From assembly GCA_963798085.1 (NCBI GenBank), contig CAWCRS010000001.1, positions 1 through 64,000 of the forward strand: a stretch of DNA of 64,000 nucleotides. The letters run 5' to 3'. A model generated the notes under the pieces. The model did no database searches and was not told the origin of the DNA. It saw only the letters and a list, made by a program, of their open reading frames with translations. Positions within the stretch are counted from its first letter, which is position 1. Each line of letters opens with the position of its first letter. Below, piece by piece: positions 10,945-21,082 of this stretch. The position numbers were made by a program, and so were the translations under genes. Source of the stretch: an uncultured Gemmatimonadales bacterium (GTDB lineage Bacteria; Gemmatimonadota; Gemmatimonadetes; Longimicrobiales; RSA9).

Positions 10945-12008
10945 AAACCTCGACCACGGGTTCGACCATGCGACACGCTCCCCTTCGTGTGCTGCTCGCG
11001 GCGTGCGTGACGGTGCCGGCCATCGCCTCGCCGGCTGCGGCGCGCCAGAAGCCGACGGTGCACAAGCTGCCCGCCTCGCCTGCCACCGTCGCGTGGGGCC
11101 ACTATGACCGCGGCAGCAAGCCGGTGCTGACCGTGAAGTCCGGCGACATTGTCGAGATCGAGACGGTGCTGACGAACAGCCCGACGGGGCTCGAGCGCGC
11201 GGGGCTGCCGCCGGCCGAGGTGCAGCAGTCGCTGCGCGCCATCTATGCGCAGGGCGCGGTGACGGACCGCGGGCCGGGCGGACACATTCTCACGGGCCCG
11301 ATCTTCGTGGAAGGCGCGGAGCCTGGTGATGCGCTGGAGGTGAAGATCCTCGCCATCGACCTGCCCATCGACTACGGCTACAACGGCTGCAGCGGCTTCC
11401 AGCGCGATCTCTGTCAGGACCCGCGCACGCGCATCCTGCGGCTGGACCGGAAGAAGATGACATCGGAGTTCGCACCGGGCATCGTGATTCCCCTCAAGCC
11501 CTTCTTCGGCAGCATGGGCGTCGCGCCGCCGCCGGACTCGCAGCGCGTCAGCAGCAATCCGCCCTGGAAGCACGCCGGCAACATGGATAACAGGGAGTTG
11601 GTGGCGGGCACATCGCTGTTCGTGCCGGTGTGGGTGTCGGGCGCGCTGCTGGAGGTGGGCGATGGCCACGCGGCGCAGGGCGATGGCGAGGTGGACCAGA
11701 CCGCGATCGAGACCTCGCTGACGGGACGGCTGCAGCTGATCGTGCACAAGGGCATGAGCCTGGAGTGGCCGCGCGCGGAGACGCCCACGCACTGGATCAC
11801 CATGGGCATGGATCACGACCTCACGGAAGCCACGCGAATCGCGATCCGCAATACCGCCGTATTTCTCCAGGAGAAGGGGCTGACGCAGGGCGAGGCGTAC
11901 CGGCTGACGAGCCTCGCCTGCGACCTGCGCATCACGGAGCTGGTCGATGGCAACGTCGGGGTCCACGTCATGATTCCCAAGGCCATCTTTGTGGGGGGCA
12001 AACAGTAG
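10941..12008 (+). CDS. acetamidase/formamidase family protein
   Basis: GGHILTGPIFVEGAEPGD, GNMD, GDGHAAQGDGEV; ATGA overlap with the upstream stop. Confidence 0.92.
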   Translation: MKTSTTGSTMRHAPLRVLLAACVTVPAIASPAAARQKPTVHKLPASPATVAWGHYDRGSKPVLTVKSGDIVEIETVLTNSPTGLERAGLPPAEVQQSLRAIYAQGAVTDRGPGGHILTGPIFVEGAEPGDALEVKILAIDLPIDYGYNGCSGFQRDLCQDPRTRILRLDRKKMTSEFAPGIVIPLKPFFGSMGVAPPPDSQRVSSNPPWKHAGNMDNRELVAGTSLFVPVWVSGALLEVGDGHAAQGDGEVDQTAIETSLTGRLQLIVHKGMSLEWPRAETPTHWITMGMDHDLTEATRIAIRNTAVFLQEKGLTQGEAYRLTSLACDLRITELVDGNVGVHVMIPKAIFVGGKQ

Positions 12009-12195
12009 GCGGAACGGCGTTTCTGGGGCTCGGGCCGGGGCTGGGGCTGGGGTTGACGGAGTCAAGGGCGCTGCTCGGGCTGGTTGCCGCGGCTGGTTGC
12101 TCGGGAACGGATGGAACTGCGTTGGCTTGGACTTCTTGCCGGTGAACGGATGGAACTGCGTCGTCTGGTTGTGGGTGAACGGATGGGACGGCGCT
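12008..12195. repeat. intergenic repeat cluster: GGGCT runs and 3x GAACGGATGG(AACTGCGT)
   Basis: Direct repeats near 12105, 12144 and 12177; the 5' part is shared with 15823-15870. Confidence 0.6.
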
Positions 12196-12250
12196 GCGGG
12201 CTGGCGCGGGGATTCAGGGATTGACGTGGTTTTCGCGAGCGCATGAATAG

Positions 12251-13972
12251 ATGGAATTGCAGCCGATGGTTGCGGCGGTAGCGGACGGGGACTCGGGCGC
12301 GGGATCGGCGGCGGGCACGTCTGGCGTTACGGGTGTCAGTGGTGACTTCGGCGCAACGGGCGGGAAGTGGACGGCGTCCGGGCTGGTGGTGGTGCTGGCG
12401 GCGGGTGCGGTGGCGATCGTGCTGGTGGGGGTGCACTCGCGTCTGTACGACCTGGACCGGCACGCGGTGCCGAAGGAGCTGGTGCTGCACGGGGCGGCGC
12501 TGCTGGCGCTGCTGCTCATGCTGCCAGGCTGGCGGCGCGCGGGTCGGTTGCAGGCGAGTGTGGTAGAGGCTCTGCTGGCGGCGTTCGCGGGCTGGAGCGC
12601 ACTAACAGCGTTGTTTGCGACCAACCACTGGCTGGCGCTGCGCTCCTTCGGGCTCACGTTCTCGGGCTTCATTCTGCTGCTGGCGGCGAGGCGGGTGGCG
12701 CGCGCGGGAAAAGGGCGGCTGGTGCTGGGCGCCATGGCGGCAGCCGCCGCGCTGGGTGCGCTGCTGGGCTCGCTGCAGGCCTACGGTCTGAACCTGGACT
12801 GGCTGGCGACGGATCGGCCGCCCGGCGGGACCTTCGGCAATCGCAATTTCCTGGCGCATTTCACGGTGATCGCGCTGCCGCTGGTAACGCTCATGGCGTT
12901 GCGCGCGCAGCGGCGCTGGGCCGTGCGCTTCTGGCTGGCGGGCGTGCTGGTGTGCGCGAACGCGGTGATCCTCACGCGCAGCCGCGCCGCGTGGCTGGCG
13001 CTGGTCTGCGTGCTGATGGTGTTCGCACTGTCGCGGGTGCTGGGCCGCCGTGTGCTGCGCGGAGTCGAGCCGGAGAAACGGCTGCGCCACGTTGCACTGA
13101 CTCTGGTGGCGGGCATGCTCCTGGCCGTGGTGCTGCCCAATCAGCTCGAGTGGCGTTCCCGCTCGCCATACGCGGAAACGCTCACGCGGATCACGGACTA
13201 TCACAGCGGCTCGGGCAAGGGGCGGCTGGTCCAGTACCAGAACTCGCTGCGACTCGCGTTGCAGGATCCGTTGTTCGGCGCAGGACCCGGGAACTGGTTC
13301 GTCGCCTATCCCCGTGTTACAACGCGCGGCGATCCCTCCTTCGACAACGACGATCCGATTCCCACGAATCCATGGCCCAGCAGCGACTGGGTGGCGCTGC
13401 TCGCGGAGCGGGGCGCGCTGGCGGTGGTGCTGGCACTGGGCGCGGGAGCGGCGATCGCACTGACCGCAGCGCGCCGGCTGCGCAGCATGGACGCGCAGGC
13501 CGTACAGGACGCGGGCGCGCTGCTCGCTGCGCTGTGCGCCGTTGCGGTGACGGGCGCGTTCAATGCGGTGCTGCTGAATGCGGCGCCATTGTTATTCATC
13601 GCGGTGATCACGGGGCTGCTGCTGCCGGGGACGCGGCCCGCATTCGACAGGCCGCTGCGCGGTCCCTGGCGCACAGCGCTGCTGCTGGCGCCGGTGTTCG
13701 TGGCGGCGCTGCTCGTATTCCGCTCGAGCATGGAACTGGCAGCCGTGCGCGTCACGGCTTCATCAGAGACGCGCGCCAGCATCGAGCGCGCGCTGCGCTA
13801 CGATCCGGCCAGCTATCGGCTGCACCTCGTGCTGGCGAGGCGGGGAAACTGCAATGCGCGGTTGCCGCACGCGCGCGCCGCGGCCAGGCTGTTGCCATGG
13901 CATCAGGCGCCGCGCAGTGCCCTGGCCGCGTGCGGTGTGCGTGCGACATCAAACACACGCGTAGCCCGCTGA
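12251..13972 (+). CDS. O-antigen ligase (Wzy_C) family membrane protein
   Basis: Many TM segments, GTFGNRNFLAH, LTRSRAAW, PLFGAGPGNW; start uncertain (12251 or 12266). Confidence 0.82.
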   Translation: MELQPMVAAVADGDSGAGSAAGTSGVTGVSGDFGATGGKWTASGLVVVLAAGAVAIVLVGVHSRLYDLDRHAVPKELVLHGAALLALLLMLPGWRRAGRLQASVVEALLAAFAGWSALTALFATNHWLALRSFGLTFSGFILLLAARRVARAGKGRLVLGAMAAAAALGALLGSLQAYGLNLDWLATDRPPGGTFGNRNFLAHFTVIALPLVTLMALRAQRRWAVRFWLAGVLVCANAVILTRSRAAWLALVCVLMVFALSRVLGRRVLRGVEPEKRLRHVALTLVAGMLLAVVLPNQLEWRSRSPYAETLTRITDYHSGSGKGRLVQYQNSLRLALQDPLFGAGPGNWFVAYPRVTTRGDPSFDNDDPIPTNPWPSSDWVALLAERGALAVVLALGAGAAIALTAARRLRSMDAQAVQDAGALLAALCAVAVTGAFNAVLLNAAPLLFIAVITGLLLPGTRPAFDRPLRGPWRTALLLAPVFVAALLVFRSSMELAAVRVTASSETRASIERALRYDPASYRLHLVLARRGNCNARLPHARAAARLLPWHQAPRSALAACGVRATSNTRVAR

Positions 13973-13976
13973 CGCC

Positions 13977-14005
13977 TTGCCATGTCAGCGTGTTTCATTT
14001 ATGAT
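13977..14005 (+). promoter_or_regulatory. sigma70 promoter TTGCCA-N17-TATGAT
   Basis: Near-consensus hexamers with exact 17-bp spacing upstream of the Crp/Fnr gene. Confidence 0.6.
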
Positions 14006-14174
14006 GCGCGGTAGTTTACTCGTCCATCCAACGGCACGACCTGTCAAGCAGTTCTGTTAGTCGTCGCGGCGTCCACCTCCAGGCCGCGGCAGCAACAATC
14101 CCTTCGCGATGATCGCCGTCGAGCAGGTTCGGGAACTCTTCGTGTTCCAGCGCCTGCCGGGAGGAGTGTGTCTT

Positions 14175-14909
14175 GTGGCCATGACGTCCCGATCCTCCGG
14201 AATCGCGCATGATGCGCCCATGACCGAAATCGCCGAGGTCGAGGCTGCGCTCTGCCGCGTGTCATTCCTGCTGGAAGAGAGCGAGGAAGACCGCCTCACT
14301 CTTGCCCGCTCCGCCGAAATACAGGTGCGCGAGCGCGGTGCTGTGCTCTTCGAGCACGGCGAAACCTGCACTTCAGTGTTCCTCATCATTCGCGGACTGG
14401 CACGGCTGGCCCTGCCCGGCGTGGGCGGCCGCGAGGTCAACCTGGCCGTGGTGCGGGCCGGCGAATTCGTGGGCGTGGATGCCGCGCTCGAGGGGCGCAG
14501 CTGCGTCGGCACGTGCACCGCGCTGAGCGATTGCCGCGTCGCTCGCATTCCCAACGATGCCCTGCGACGCTGGGTGCGCGAGCACCCGCGGGTGCAGGAG
14601 CTGCTGCTGGTCGAGTTCGCGCGCAAGCTGCGCAGCGCCTGGAACATGCTGGGCGCACAGGCCTTCCTGCCTCTGGGCCGGCGCGCGCTGCGTGCGCTCC
14701 TCGACATGGCCCGCCCGGGGGCGAAGCGCCCGGGCCAGCCGCCGGTCGCCCGGCCGGGTGCGCCACTCGCGGACGTCCCGGCCGGGGGACGCGATGCCGT
14801 CGTCCAGACGCTCGATGAGCTGCTGGACGAGGAGTCCGCGCTCGCCGGGCCCAGCAATGTGATCAGCGTGCCGCCCGACGACCTGGTCCTGGACGAGCTG
14901 AGCAGCTGA
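14175..14909 (+). CDS. Crp/Fnr-family cNMP-binding protein, divergent C-terminal HTH
   Basis: VLFEHGE…VFLIIRG…GEFVG…ALEGRS cNMP barrel plus C-helix; RBS GGAGGA before GTG 14175. Confidence 0.78.
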   Translation: MAMTSRSSGIAHDAPMTEIAEVEAALCRVSFLLEESEEDRLTLARSAEIQVRERGAVLFEHGETCTSVFLIIRGLARLALPGVGGREVNLAVVRAGEFVGVDAALEGRSCVGTCTALSDCRVARIPNDALRRWVREHPRVQELLLVEFARKLRSAWNMLGAQAFLPLGRRALRALLDMARPGAKRPGQPPVARPGAPLADVPAGGRDAVVQTLDELLDEESALAGPSNVISVPPDDLVLDELSS

Positions 14910-15000
14910 CCGCGCCTGCCGACGCCGTTTCCCGCCCGCCGGGGTGGACGGCGCCGCAACACCCCGATCTCACACGCCACCTGCCGTGTACAAACGGCCC

Positions 15001-15805
15001 ATGCGTCGTATCGCCCGTTTCCTGCGACCGCTGACACGCCGGGTTCTTTCCGCAGCCACCGCCGCGGCCGGCCTCGCGCTGCTGCCTTCATCACTCGCGG
15101 CCCAGCGTTTCTTCTCGCGTGAGCCCGAGATCGACAACCTGCCTTACGATGGACGCTTCACGTTCGCGCGCATCAAGTACGAGACCGGCCCGGGCGGCTA
15201 CTACTACATGGGTCTGCCCGCCTGGGCGCACGGCTATCCCAGGGCCGAGAACAATCTGATGAAGATCCTCGACCTGATGAGCTACCTGCATCCGCATCTC
15301 GGATGGCAGCAATGTCGTGGCGCTCAATGACCCCGCACTGATGCGATACCCGGTCGCGTTCATGACGGAGGCCGGCTACTGGACGCTGAACGACAGGGAA
15401 GCCGCCGCCATGCGCGCGTATCTGCTGAAGGGCGGCTTCGTCATCTTCGATGACTCGCGCGACAATCGCGGCAACGCAGGCTGGGAGAATTTCGTGTTCA
15501 ACATGGAGCGCGTGCTGCCGGGCGTGCGCTTCTTCGACATGACGGCGGATAACCCGATCTTTCACTCGTTCTTCGAGCTTGCCTCGCTGGACATTGTGCC
15601 CCAGTACTACGATTACGGCCCGCCCATCTTCCGCGGCATCTACCAGGACAACGACCCGCACAAGCGGCTCCTCGCCATGATCAACTTCAACACGGACGTC
15701 TCCAACTTCTGGGAGTTCTCCGACCAGGGCTTCTTTCCCGTCGATCTCTCCAATGAAGCGTACAAGCTGGGCGTCAATTACATGATTTACAGCTTTACGC
15801 ATTGA
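15001..15805 (+). CDS. DUF4159 domain protein (frameshift near 15300)
   Basis: Signal peptide, FTFARIKY…WAHGYPRAENN, then shifted frame YPVAFMTEAG…YLLKGGFVIFDD…AYKLGVNYMIY. Confidence 0.85.
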
Positions 15806-15822
15806 GGCAGTCCCGGGCGGCG

Positions 15823-15990
15823 TGGCGGAACGGCGTTGCTGGGGCTGGGGCTCGGGCTGGTTGCCGGGCACGGCTTGAACGGCACCGGCGGTGGATCGAG
15901 TCGAACACGGATCGAGCTGCGTGAGTCTTCGGTTCGGCTCCAGAAGCTGGCCCGAGGAATTCGTTCCCCAGCAACCAGCCCCAGCAACGC
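15823..15990. repeat. REP-like element bounded by a 16-bp inverted repeat (GCGTTGCTGGGGCTGG … CCAGCCCCAGCAACGC)
   Basis: Perfect inverted repeat at 15832-15847 and 15975-15990; left arm related to 12008-12080. Confidence 0.6.
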
Positions 15991-16033
15991 AGGCCGTGTG
16001 CTGCGGGCGTGGCTCCGAGACCTGAGCGCATCT

Positions 16034-16060
16034 TGAATCGTCGCACGGTGGTGCCGATCC
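16034..16060 (+). promoter_or_regulatory. sigma28-like promoter TGAA-N15-GCCGATCC
   Basis: Canonical sigma28 spacing, about 35 bp upstream of the EAL-HDOD start. Confidence 0.45.
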
Positions 16061-16094
16061 TCATCAAGGAATGGCGTAATCCTCATCGGTGACA

Positions 16095-17312
16095 ATGGAC
16101 ATCTACGTCGCGCGGCAGCCGATTCTGGGGCGGGATCGCGAGATCTCGGGCTACGAGCTGCTGTTCCGCTCGGGGCCGGAGAACGTGTTCCGCCATCATG
16201 ATGCGGACGAAGCATCGTCGCGCCTCATCGACAACAGTCTGCACAGTTTCGGACTGGAGCAGCTGGTGGCGGGCAAGAAGCTGTTTGTGAATGCGACGCG
16301 TCGCGTGATCGTGGACGAGCTGTACACGGTGCTGCCGCCCGAGCTCACCGTGATCGAGCTGCTGGAGACGGTGGACCCGGACGACGAGATCGTGGTGGCC
16401 TGCGAGAATCTCAAGCGGCAGGGCTACACCCTCGCCCTCGACGACTACACATTCGACGACCGCTGGGAACCGCTGGTGCGGCTGGTCGACGTGATCAAGG
16501 TCGACTGGCGCTCCTCCACGCCCGAACAACGCGCCCAGCTGGCCCGGCGGCTGCGCAACACGCGTGTTACCCTGCTCGCCGAGAAGGTCGAGACGTACGA
16601 GGAATTCGAAGAGGCGAGGAAGGTGGGGTTCCGGCTGTTCCAGGGCTACTTCTTCTGCAAGCCGGAAATGATCGCGGGTCGCGACATCCCGAAGTTCAAG
16701 CTCAACTACATGCGTCTGCTCCAGGAAGTGAACCGCCCCGACATTGATTACGTCGCGCTCGAGCGCGTCATCAGCCAGGAGCTGTCGCTCTCCGTCAAAC
16801 TGCTGCGTTACCTGAATTCCGCCGCCTTCGGCTGGCGTCACGGCGTGAATTCCATCGACCATGCCATTCGCGTGCTGGGCGAGCGCCAGGTGAAGCGCTG
16901 GGCCTCCATGGTCGCGCTCTCCGGTGTGGGCGAGGACAAGCCCGCGGAGCTGGCGGTGTCGTCACTCGTGCGCGCTCGCTTCTGCGAGTTCCTGGGCGCT
17001 GAAGCCGGCCTGCGCACGCGCGACGTCGAGCTGTTCCTCACAGGCCTGCTCTCGCACGTCGATGCATTCTTCGACATGCCCCTCGACAAAGCACTCGAAA
17101 ACCTCAGCCTCGCACCCGACATCCGCCACGCCATCCTGCAGAACGGCTCGCCGCTTTCCCCCGTGTACCGGACCGTGCAGGCGTGGGAGCGCGGCCACTG
17201 GGATGCCATCCCCGAACTCGCCAGCAACATCCAGGTCGGCGAAAACGTGATCGCCGACGCCTACCGCCGCTCCATCGACTGGACCGACCAGACACTCCGT
17301 TCTGCTGGCTGA
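16095..17312 (+). CDS. EAL + HDOD domain protein (YuxH/PdeH-like)
   Basis: YVARQPI, GYELLFR, LFVN, ALDDY, AEKVET, FQGYFF, then HDOD (LSVKLLRYLNSA…SIDHAIRVLG…LFLTGLLS). Confidence 0.93.
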   Translation: MDIYVARQPILGRDREISGYELLFRSGPENVFRHHDADEASSRLIDNSLHSFGLEQLVAGKKLFVNATRRVIVDELYTVLPPELTVIELLETVDPDDEIVVACENLKRQGYTLALDDYTFDDRWEPLVRLVDVIKVDWRSSTPEQRAQLARRLRNTRVTLLAEKVETYEEFEEARKVGFRLFQGYFFCKPEMIAGRDIPKFKLNYMRLLQEVNRPDIDYVALERVISQELSLSVKLLRYLNSAAFGWRHGVNSIDHAIRVLGERQVKRWASMVALSGVGEDKPAELAVSSLVRARFCEFLGAEAGLRTRDVELFLTGLLSHVDAFFDMPLDKALENLSLAPDIRHAILQNGSPLSPVYRTVQAWERGHWDAIPELASNIQVGENVIADAYRRSIDWTDQTLRSAG

Positions 17313-17408
17313 CTTCCTTGCACCGCCGAGGGCAGTGAGGGCGCGGAGTTGAGGATCACGCGTGCCTGCACAATTCTCCGAGCCCGACAGCGACGGGGAG
17401 GCTTGCCG

Positions 17409-17715
17409 TCACACGGAGGCACGCATGCGGGCGGGAACGGTGTGAGTGCTGACCTGAACGACGCAACTTTGACCTGGAGACGGATCAACGGAATGTTCTC
17501 ACACAGAGGTACGGAGGGCACTGGGGTGCGCACGGCCAGCCTGGGGGCGTTGCCGATGCGCGCGGTCTGGATCCGAATTGACGAGTGGAAACGGATGAAG
17601 GGATTCTGATTTCAACGCCAACGGATCACGGTGATCCCATCGTGTCCAGCTGCCCGCAGTCAGCACACGCCCGACCGCTCCGTGCCTCCATGTGATAATG
17701 ACCCGTTAATCCGTT
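17409..17715. repeat. interleaved inverted-repeat array (TCACACGGAGGCACG and ACGGATCAACGG families)
   Basis: 17409-17452 pairs with 17658-17695; about 17480-17491 pairs with 17703-17714; extra left-arm copy near 17499. Confidence 0.6.
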
Positions 17716-17910
17716 CCAATCGAAACACACGCCAGGAACCACGCCTGTGCACGGGTATCCGCCGATCACGCAACGCCGCTGCACCTCCCGCGTCGCGATC
17801 CATCGTTCAGGTGAAATGATCATGCAGCACTCGGAACCCGCCTGACGACCCGGCCGTGCGACGCATGTGGAGATGCGCATGGTGGAGCCTTGCCCTGCGT
17901 CCTCCAGGCG

Positions 17911-17933
17911 ACTAGGTTTGAGTTAAACTTAGT
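17911..17933. promoter_or_regulatory. putative PadR operator ACTAGGTTTGAGTTAAACTTAGT
   Basis: AT-rich imperfect palindrome ending 12 bp before the padR ATG. Confidence 0.6.
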
Positions 17934-17945
17934 GGGAGACGAGCC

Positions 17946-18318
17946 ATGCGGGCACGCGATCCGGGGGAGCTGCTGCCGTTGCCGCATTCTGACGTATCTC
18001 GTGCTGCTGGCGCTGGCGGCGGGCGCTGCGCACGGGTGGGTGCTGATCAAGCGGATACGGGAGATCACGGGGGGCGCGACGAATCCGAGTTCGGGGTCAT
18101 TGTACCTGGCGATGGTGCGGCTGGAGGCGCGCGGGCTGCTGGAGGCGACGCGGGCGCCGGCGGAAGCGGATGAGAGACGGCGCTATTACCGGCTGACGAA
18201 ATTCGGGCGGCAGGTGCTGGAGGCCGAGAGTACGCGGCTGGCTTCGCTTGTGGATGTGGCGGCGAGGTGGGGTGCACTGGAGGGCGGGCGCGTGCGGCCG
18301 GTACGTGGCAAGGCGTAA
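17946..18318 (+). CDS. padR: PadR-family transcriptional regulator (frameshift near 17987)
   Basis: MRARDPGELLPLPH, then shifted frame LTYLVLLAL…HGW…GSLYLAMVRLEARGL…RRRYYRLTKFGR; TAATG overlap with the permease. Confidence 0.88.
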
Positions 18319-21026
18319 TGCGACGGCTCGCGCGCCTGCTCTTCGTCGCAGCGCAGTTGCTGCTGCTGCCGCGTGCGTTTCGTGCCCGGGCGGCGGTGGA
18401 GATGCGGCAGGTGTTCGACGACCGGCAGCGCGAGGCTGCGCGCGCCGGGTGGCTGTCGGTGCTTGGGGTGTGGCTCAGCGAATTCGCGGGCCTGCTGTCG
18501 GTCGCGTGGCAGGCGAGGCGACCGGCATGGCGGGAAGCGGATGTGCTTTCCGCCGCGGCGACTGCAACCTCGGGACAACGGGTTCTCATGCGTGGTGATC
18601 GGCTGCGTCAGGATCTGCGATTCGCGGGGCGGGCGGCGGCGCGCCGGCCCGGTCCCTATCTGCTGGCGCTGTTCACCTGTGCGGTGGGCATTGGCGCCAG
18701 CTCGGCGATGTTCAGCATCACGGACACGGTGCTGCTGCGGCCGTTGCCGTACCCGGACGCGGATCGCGTAGTGTCGGTGTATCCGACGATCCCGGCATGG
18801 CGGGGTCACCCGACGCTGGGCAGCGTGTGGGATCGTGCGAGCTGGTCGTACCCGGAATTCGAGGACTGGCGCACCGAACAGACTGTTTTCGCGCAGGCGG
18901 CGGTCTATGGCACGGGCGCGGTTGCGCTTTCCGGCAAAGGTGAGCCAGCGCGCATCGACATTGCCGCCGCCAGCTCCGGCCTGTTTGCCATGCTGGGCGC
19001 GCCGCCACTGCTGGGCCGCGACATTGCCGATGCGGATGGTGCGGAGGGTTCCTCGCCGGTGGTGGTGCTGACGTGGGGCTTCTGGCAGACGCACTTTGGC
19101 GGCGATCGCGATGTGATCGGGAAGGAGCTGCGGCTCAATGATGCGCCGTATGTGATCGTCGGCGTGCTGCCCGCGCGTTTCCAGCTGACGGGCGTAGATG
19201 CGGAACTCTGGCTGTCGATCACGGGCAGCGACCGCGACAACCGTGACGATCACAGTCTCTACATGCTCGCGCGGCTGGCGCCCGGGGTGACACTGGCGCG
19301 CGCCAATCAGGAGACGGAGCGCATCCTGCGCGCGCTCTCCGCGAAGCACGGGCCCGGCAACAACATCGTGCACGGGGCGAATGTGGTGCCGCGACTGGCG
19401 GATGCCACGCGCAAGGTGCGCACGCCGCTGCTCATCCTGATGGCAGCGGCCGTGCTGCTGCTGGTGGTGGCGTGCGTCAACGTGGCGGCGCTGCTGCTCG
19501 GCCTGGGCATCGACCGTGAGCAGGAGCTGGTGGTGCGCGGCGCAATCGGCGCGGGCCGGGGGCGCCTGGTAGCACAGCTCCTGACAGAGAGTTTGCTGCT
19601 GGCGCTGGTCAGTGGCGCCGCGGGTGTGCTGGTTGCCTGGCTGGCCACGAAGGCGCTGGTGCTGCTGGCGCCGCCGGGCGTACCCCGCATGGGCGATGTG
19701 CGTCTGGACGGGCGCGTGCTCGGGTTTGCGGCGCTGGTCTCGGCGCTTGTCGGCGTGGCGTTCGGCCTGGTGCCTGCGCTTTCGCTGACGGGCCGCTCAT
19801 TGGCGGGGCGCCTGCGCGGCGCGCGCACCACGCACACGCGACATTGGCTGCACGGCACGCTGGTGGCGTCGCAGCTGGCTCTCTCGACCATCCTGCTGCT
19901 GGGCGCGGGCCTGCTGCTGCGCACGTTGCTCGAGCTTGCGGCGGTGGACCCCGGCTTCGATCCCGGCGGCGTGCTCGGCGTGCGCGTGTCCCCCGTGTTC
20001 TCGCAGTTCATGGTTGGCGGAAAGTTCGACAGGGCGCGTTACGACCAGCTCTTCGCACGCATTGGTGATGCGCTGGCGGCCACGCCCGGCGTGCAGGCCA
20101 CGGCCATCACATCGACGCTGCCCTTCGGCGGCAACCGCGCCAACAACGATTTCGAGGCGGAGGGCTATGCAGCCTCACCCGGCGAGCTGATGGCAGCGGA
20201 GCGCAATTTCGTTTCCGGGAATTACATGAGCCTGATGCGGATGCGACTCATCGAGGGCCGCCTGTTCAACGACTCTGATGATCGCATTGATGCTGCGCCG
20301 GTTGCCATCATCACACAGAACCTGGCGCGGCGCTACTACCCGGACGGTGCGGTTGGCCGGCACTTCAAGTTCTGGGCTGGCGATTTTCTGATTGTGGGTG
20401 TGGTTGGCGATGTGCGCGACCGGCAGCTCGATGTGGGCGACGAGATGCGCTTCTACATTCCGCGTGGTGAGCGGCCGGGTCAGGGTGGCAGCTTCGTGCT
20501 GCGACTCGAGTCGGGCGTGCGGGCCGCCGCGCTGACGCCGCTGCTGCGCGAGCGCATCTGGTCTGTCGATCCTGATGTCCCGATCACGTCCATCGTGCCG
20601 CTGACCGAGCGCATTGCGGACTCGCTTGTCGAGCAGCGCTACCGCGCACGGCTCATGGGTGTGTTCGCCGCATTGTCCGTGCTGTTCGCATTTCTCGGCA
20701 TTTATGGTGTCACCAGTCGCAGTGTGGCGAGCCGGCGGCGGGAAATCGGCATTCGCATGGCGCTGGGTGAACGAAAGACGTCGGTCATGGGCCTGGTCAT
20801 CGGCCAGGGTGTTCGGCTGGCAGTGAGTGGCGTTATGATCGGCCTGCTGGGCGGCGCGGCCTCGTCACGCGTGCTGAGAGCGTTCCTCTACGGCACGAGC
20901 CCGCTCGATCCGCTTACCCTCGCGCTCGTCGGCGCATCGCTTACGACCCTCGCCGTGTTGGCCAGCTTCGCGCCATCCCTGCGCGCGGCCAGCGTGGATC
21001 CGATGACGGCACTGCGCATGGACTGA
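18318..21026 (+). CDS. ADOP-family duplicated orphan ABC permease
   Basis: QDLRFA, GIGASSAMFS, LLRPLPYPDADR, ACVNVAAL, REIGIRMALG, RAASVDPMTALR. Confidence 0.93.
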   Translation: MRRLARLLFVAAQLLLLPRAFRARAAVEMRQVFDDRQREAARAGWLSVLGVWLSEFAGLLSVAWQARRPAWREADVLSAAATATSGQRVLMRGDRLRQDLRFAGRAAARRPGPYLLALFTCAVGIGASSAMFSITDTVLLRPLPYPDADRVVSVYPTIPAWRGHPTLGSVWDRASWSYPEFEDWRTEQTVFAQAAVYGTGAVALSGKGEPARIDIAAASSGLFAMLGAPPLLGRDIADADGAEGSSPVVVLTWGFWQTHFGGDRDVIGKELRLNDAPYVIVGVLPARFQLTGVDAELWLSITGSDRDNRDDHSLYMLARLAPGVTLARANQETERILRALSAKHGPGNNIVHGANVVPRLADATRKVRTPLLILMAAAVLLLVVACVNVAALLLGLGIDREQELVVRGAIGAGRGRLVAQLLTESLLLALVSGAAGVLVAWLATKALVLLAPPGVPRMGDVRLDGRVLGFAALVSALVGVAFGLVPALSLTGRSLAGRLRGARTTHTRHWLHGTLVASQLALSTILLLGAGLLLRTLLELAAVDPGFDPGGVLGVRVSPVFSQFMVGGKFDRARYDQLFARIGDALAATPGVQATAITSTLPFGGNRANNDFEAEGYAASPGELMAAERNFVSGNYMSLMRMRLIEGRLFNDSDDRIDAAPVAIITQNLARRYYPDGAVGRHFKFWAGDFLIVGVVGDVRDRQLDVGDEMRFYIPRGERPGQGGSFVLRLESGVRAAALTPLLRERIWSVDPDVPITSIVPLTERIADSLVEQRYRARLMGVFAALSVLFAFLGIYGVTSRSVASRRREIGIRMALGERKTSVMGLVIGQGVRLAVSGVMIGLLGGAASSRVLRAFLYGTSPLDPLTLALVGASLTTLAVLASFAPSLRAASVDPMTALRMD

Positions 21027-21082
21027 GACAGCGGCGCCACGGGGCGCGGCTCCGGCTCTGGCGAACGCACACCGAAACCGGC

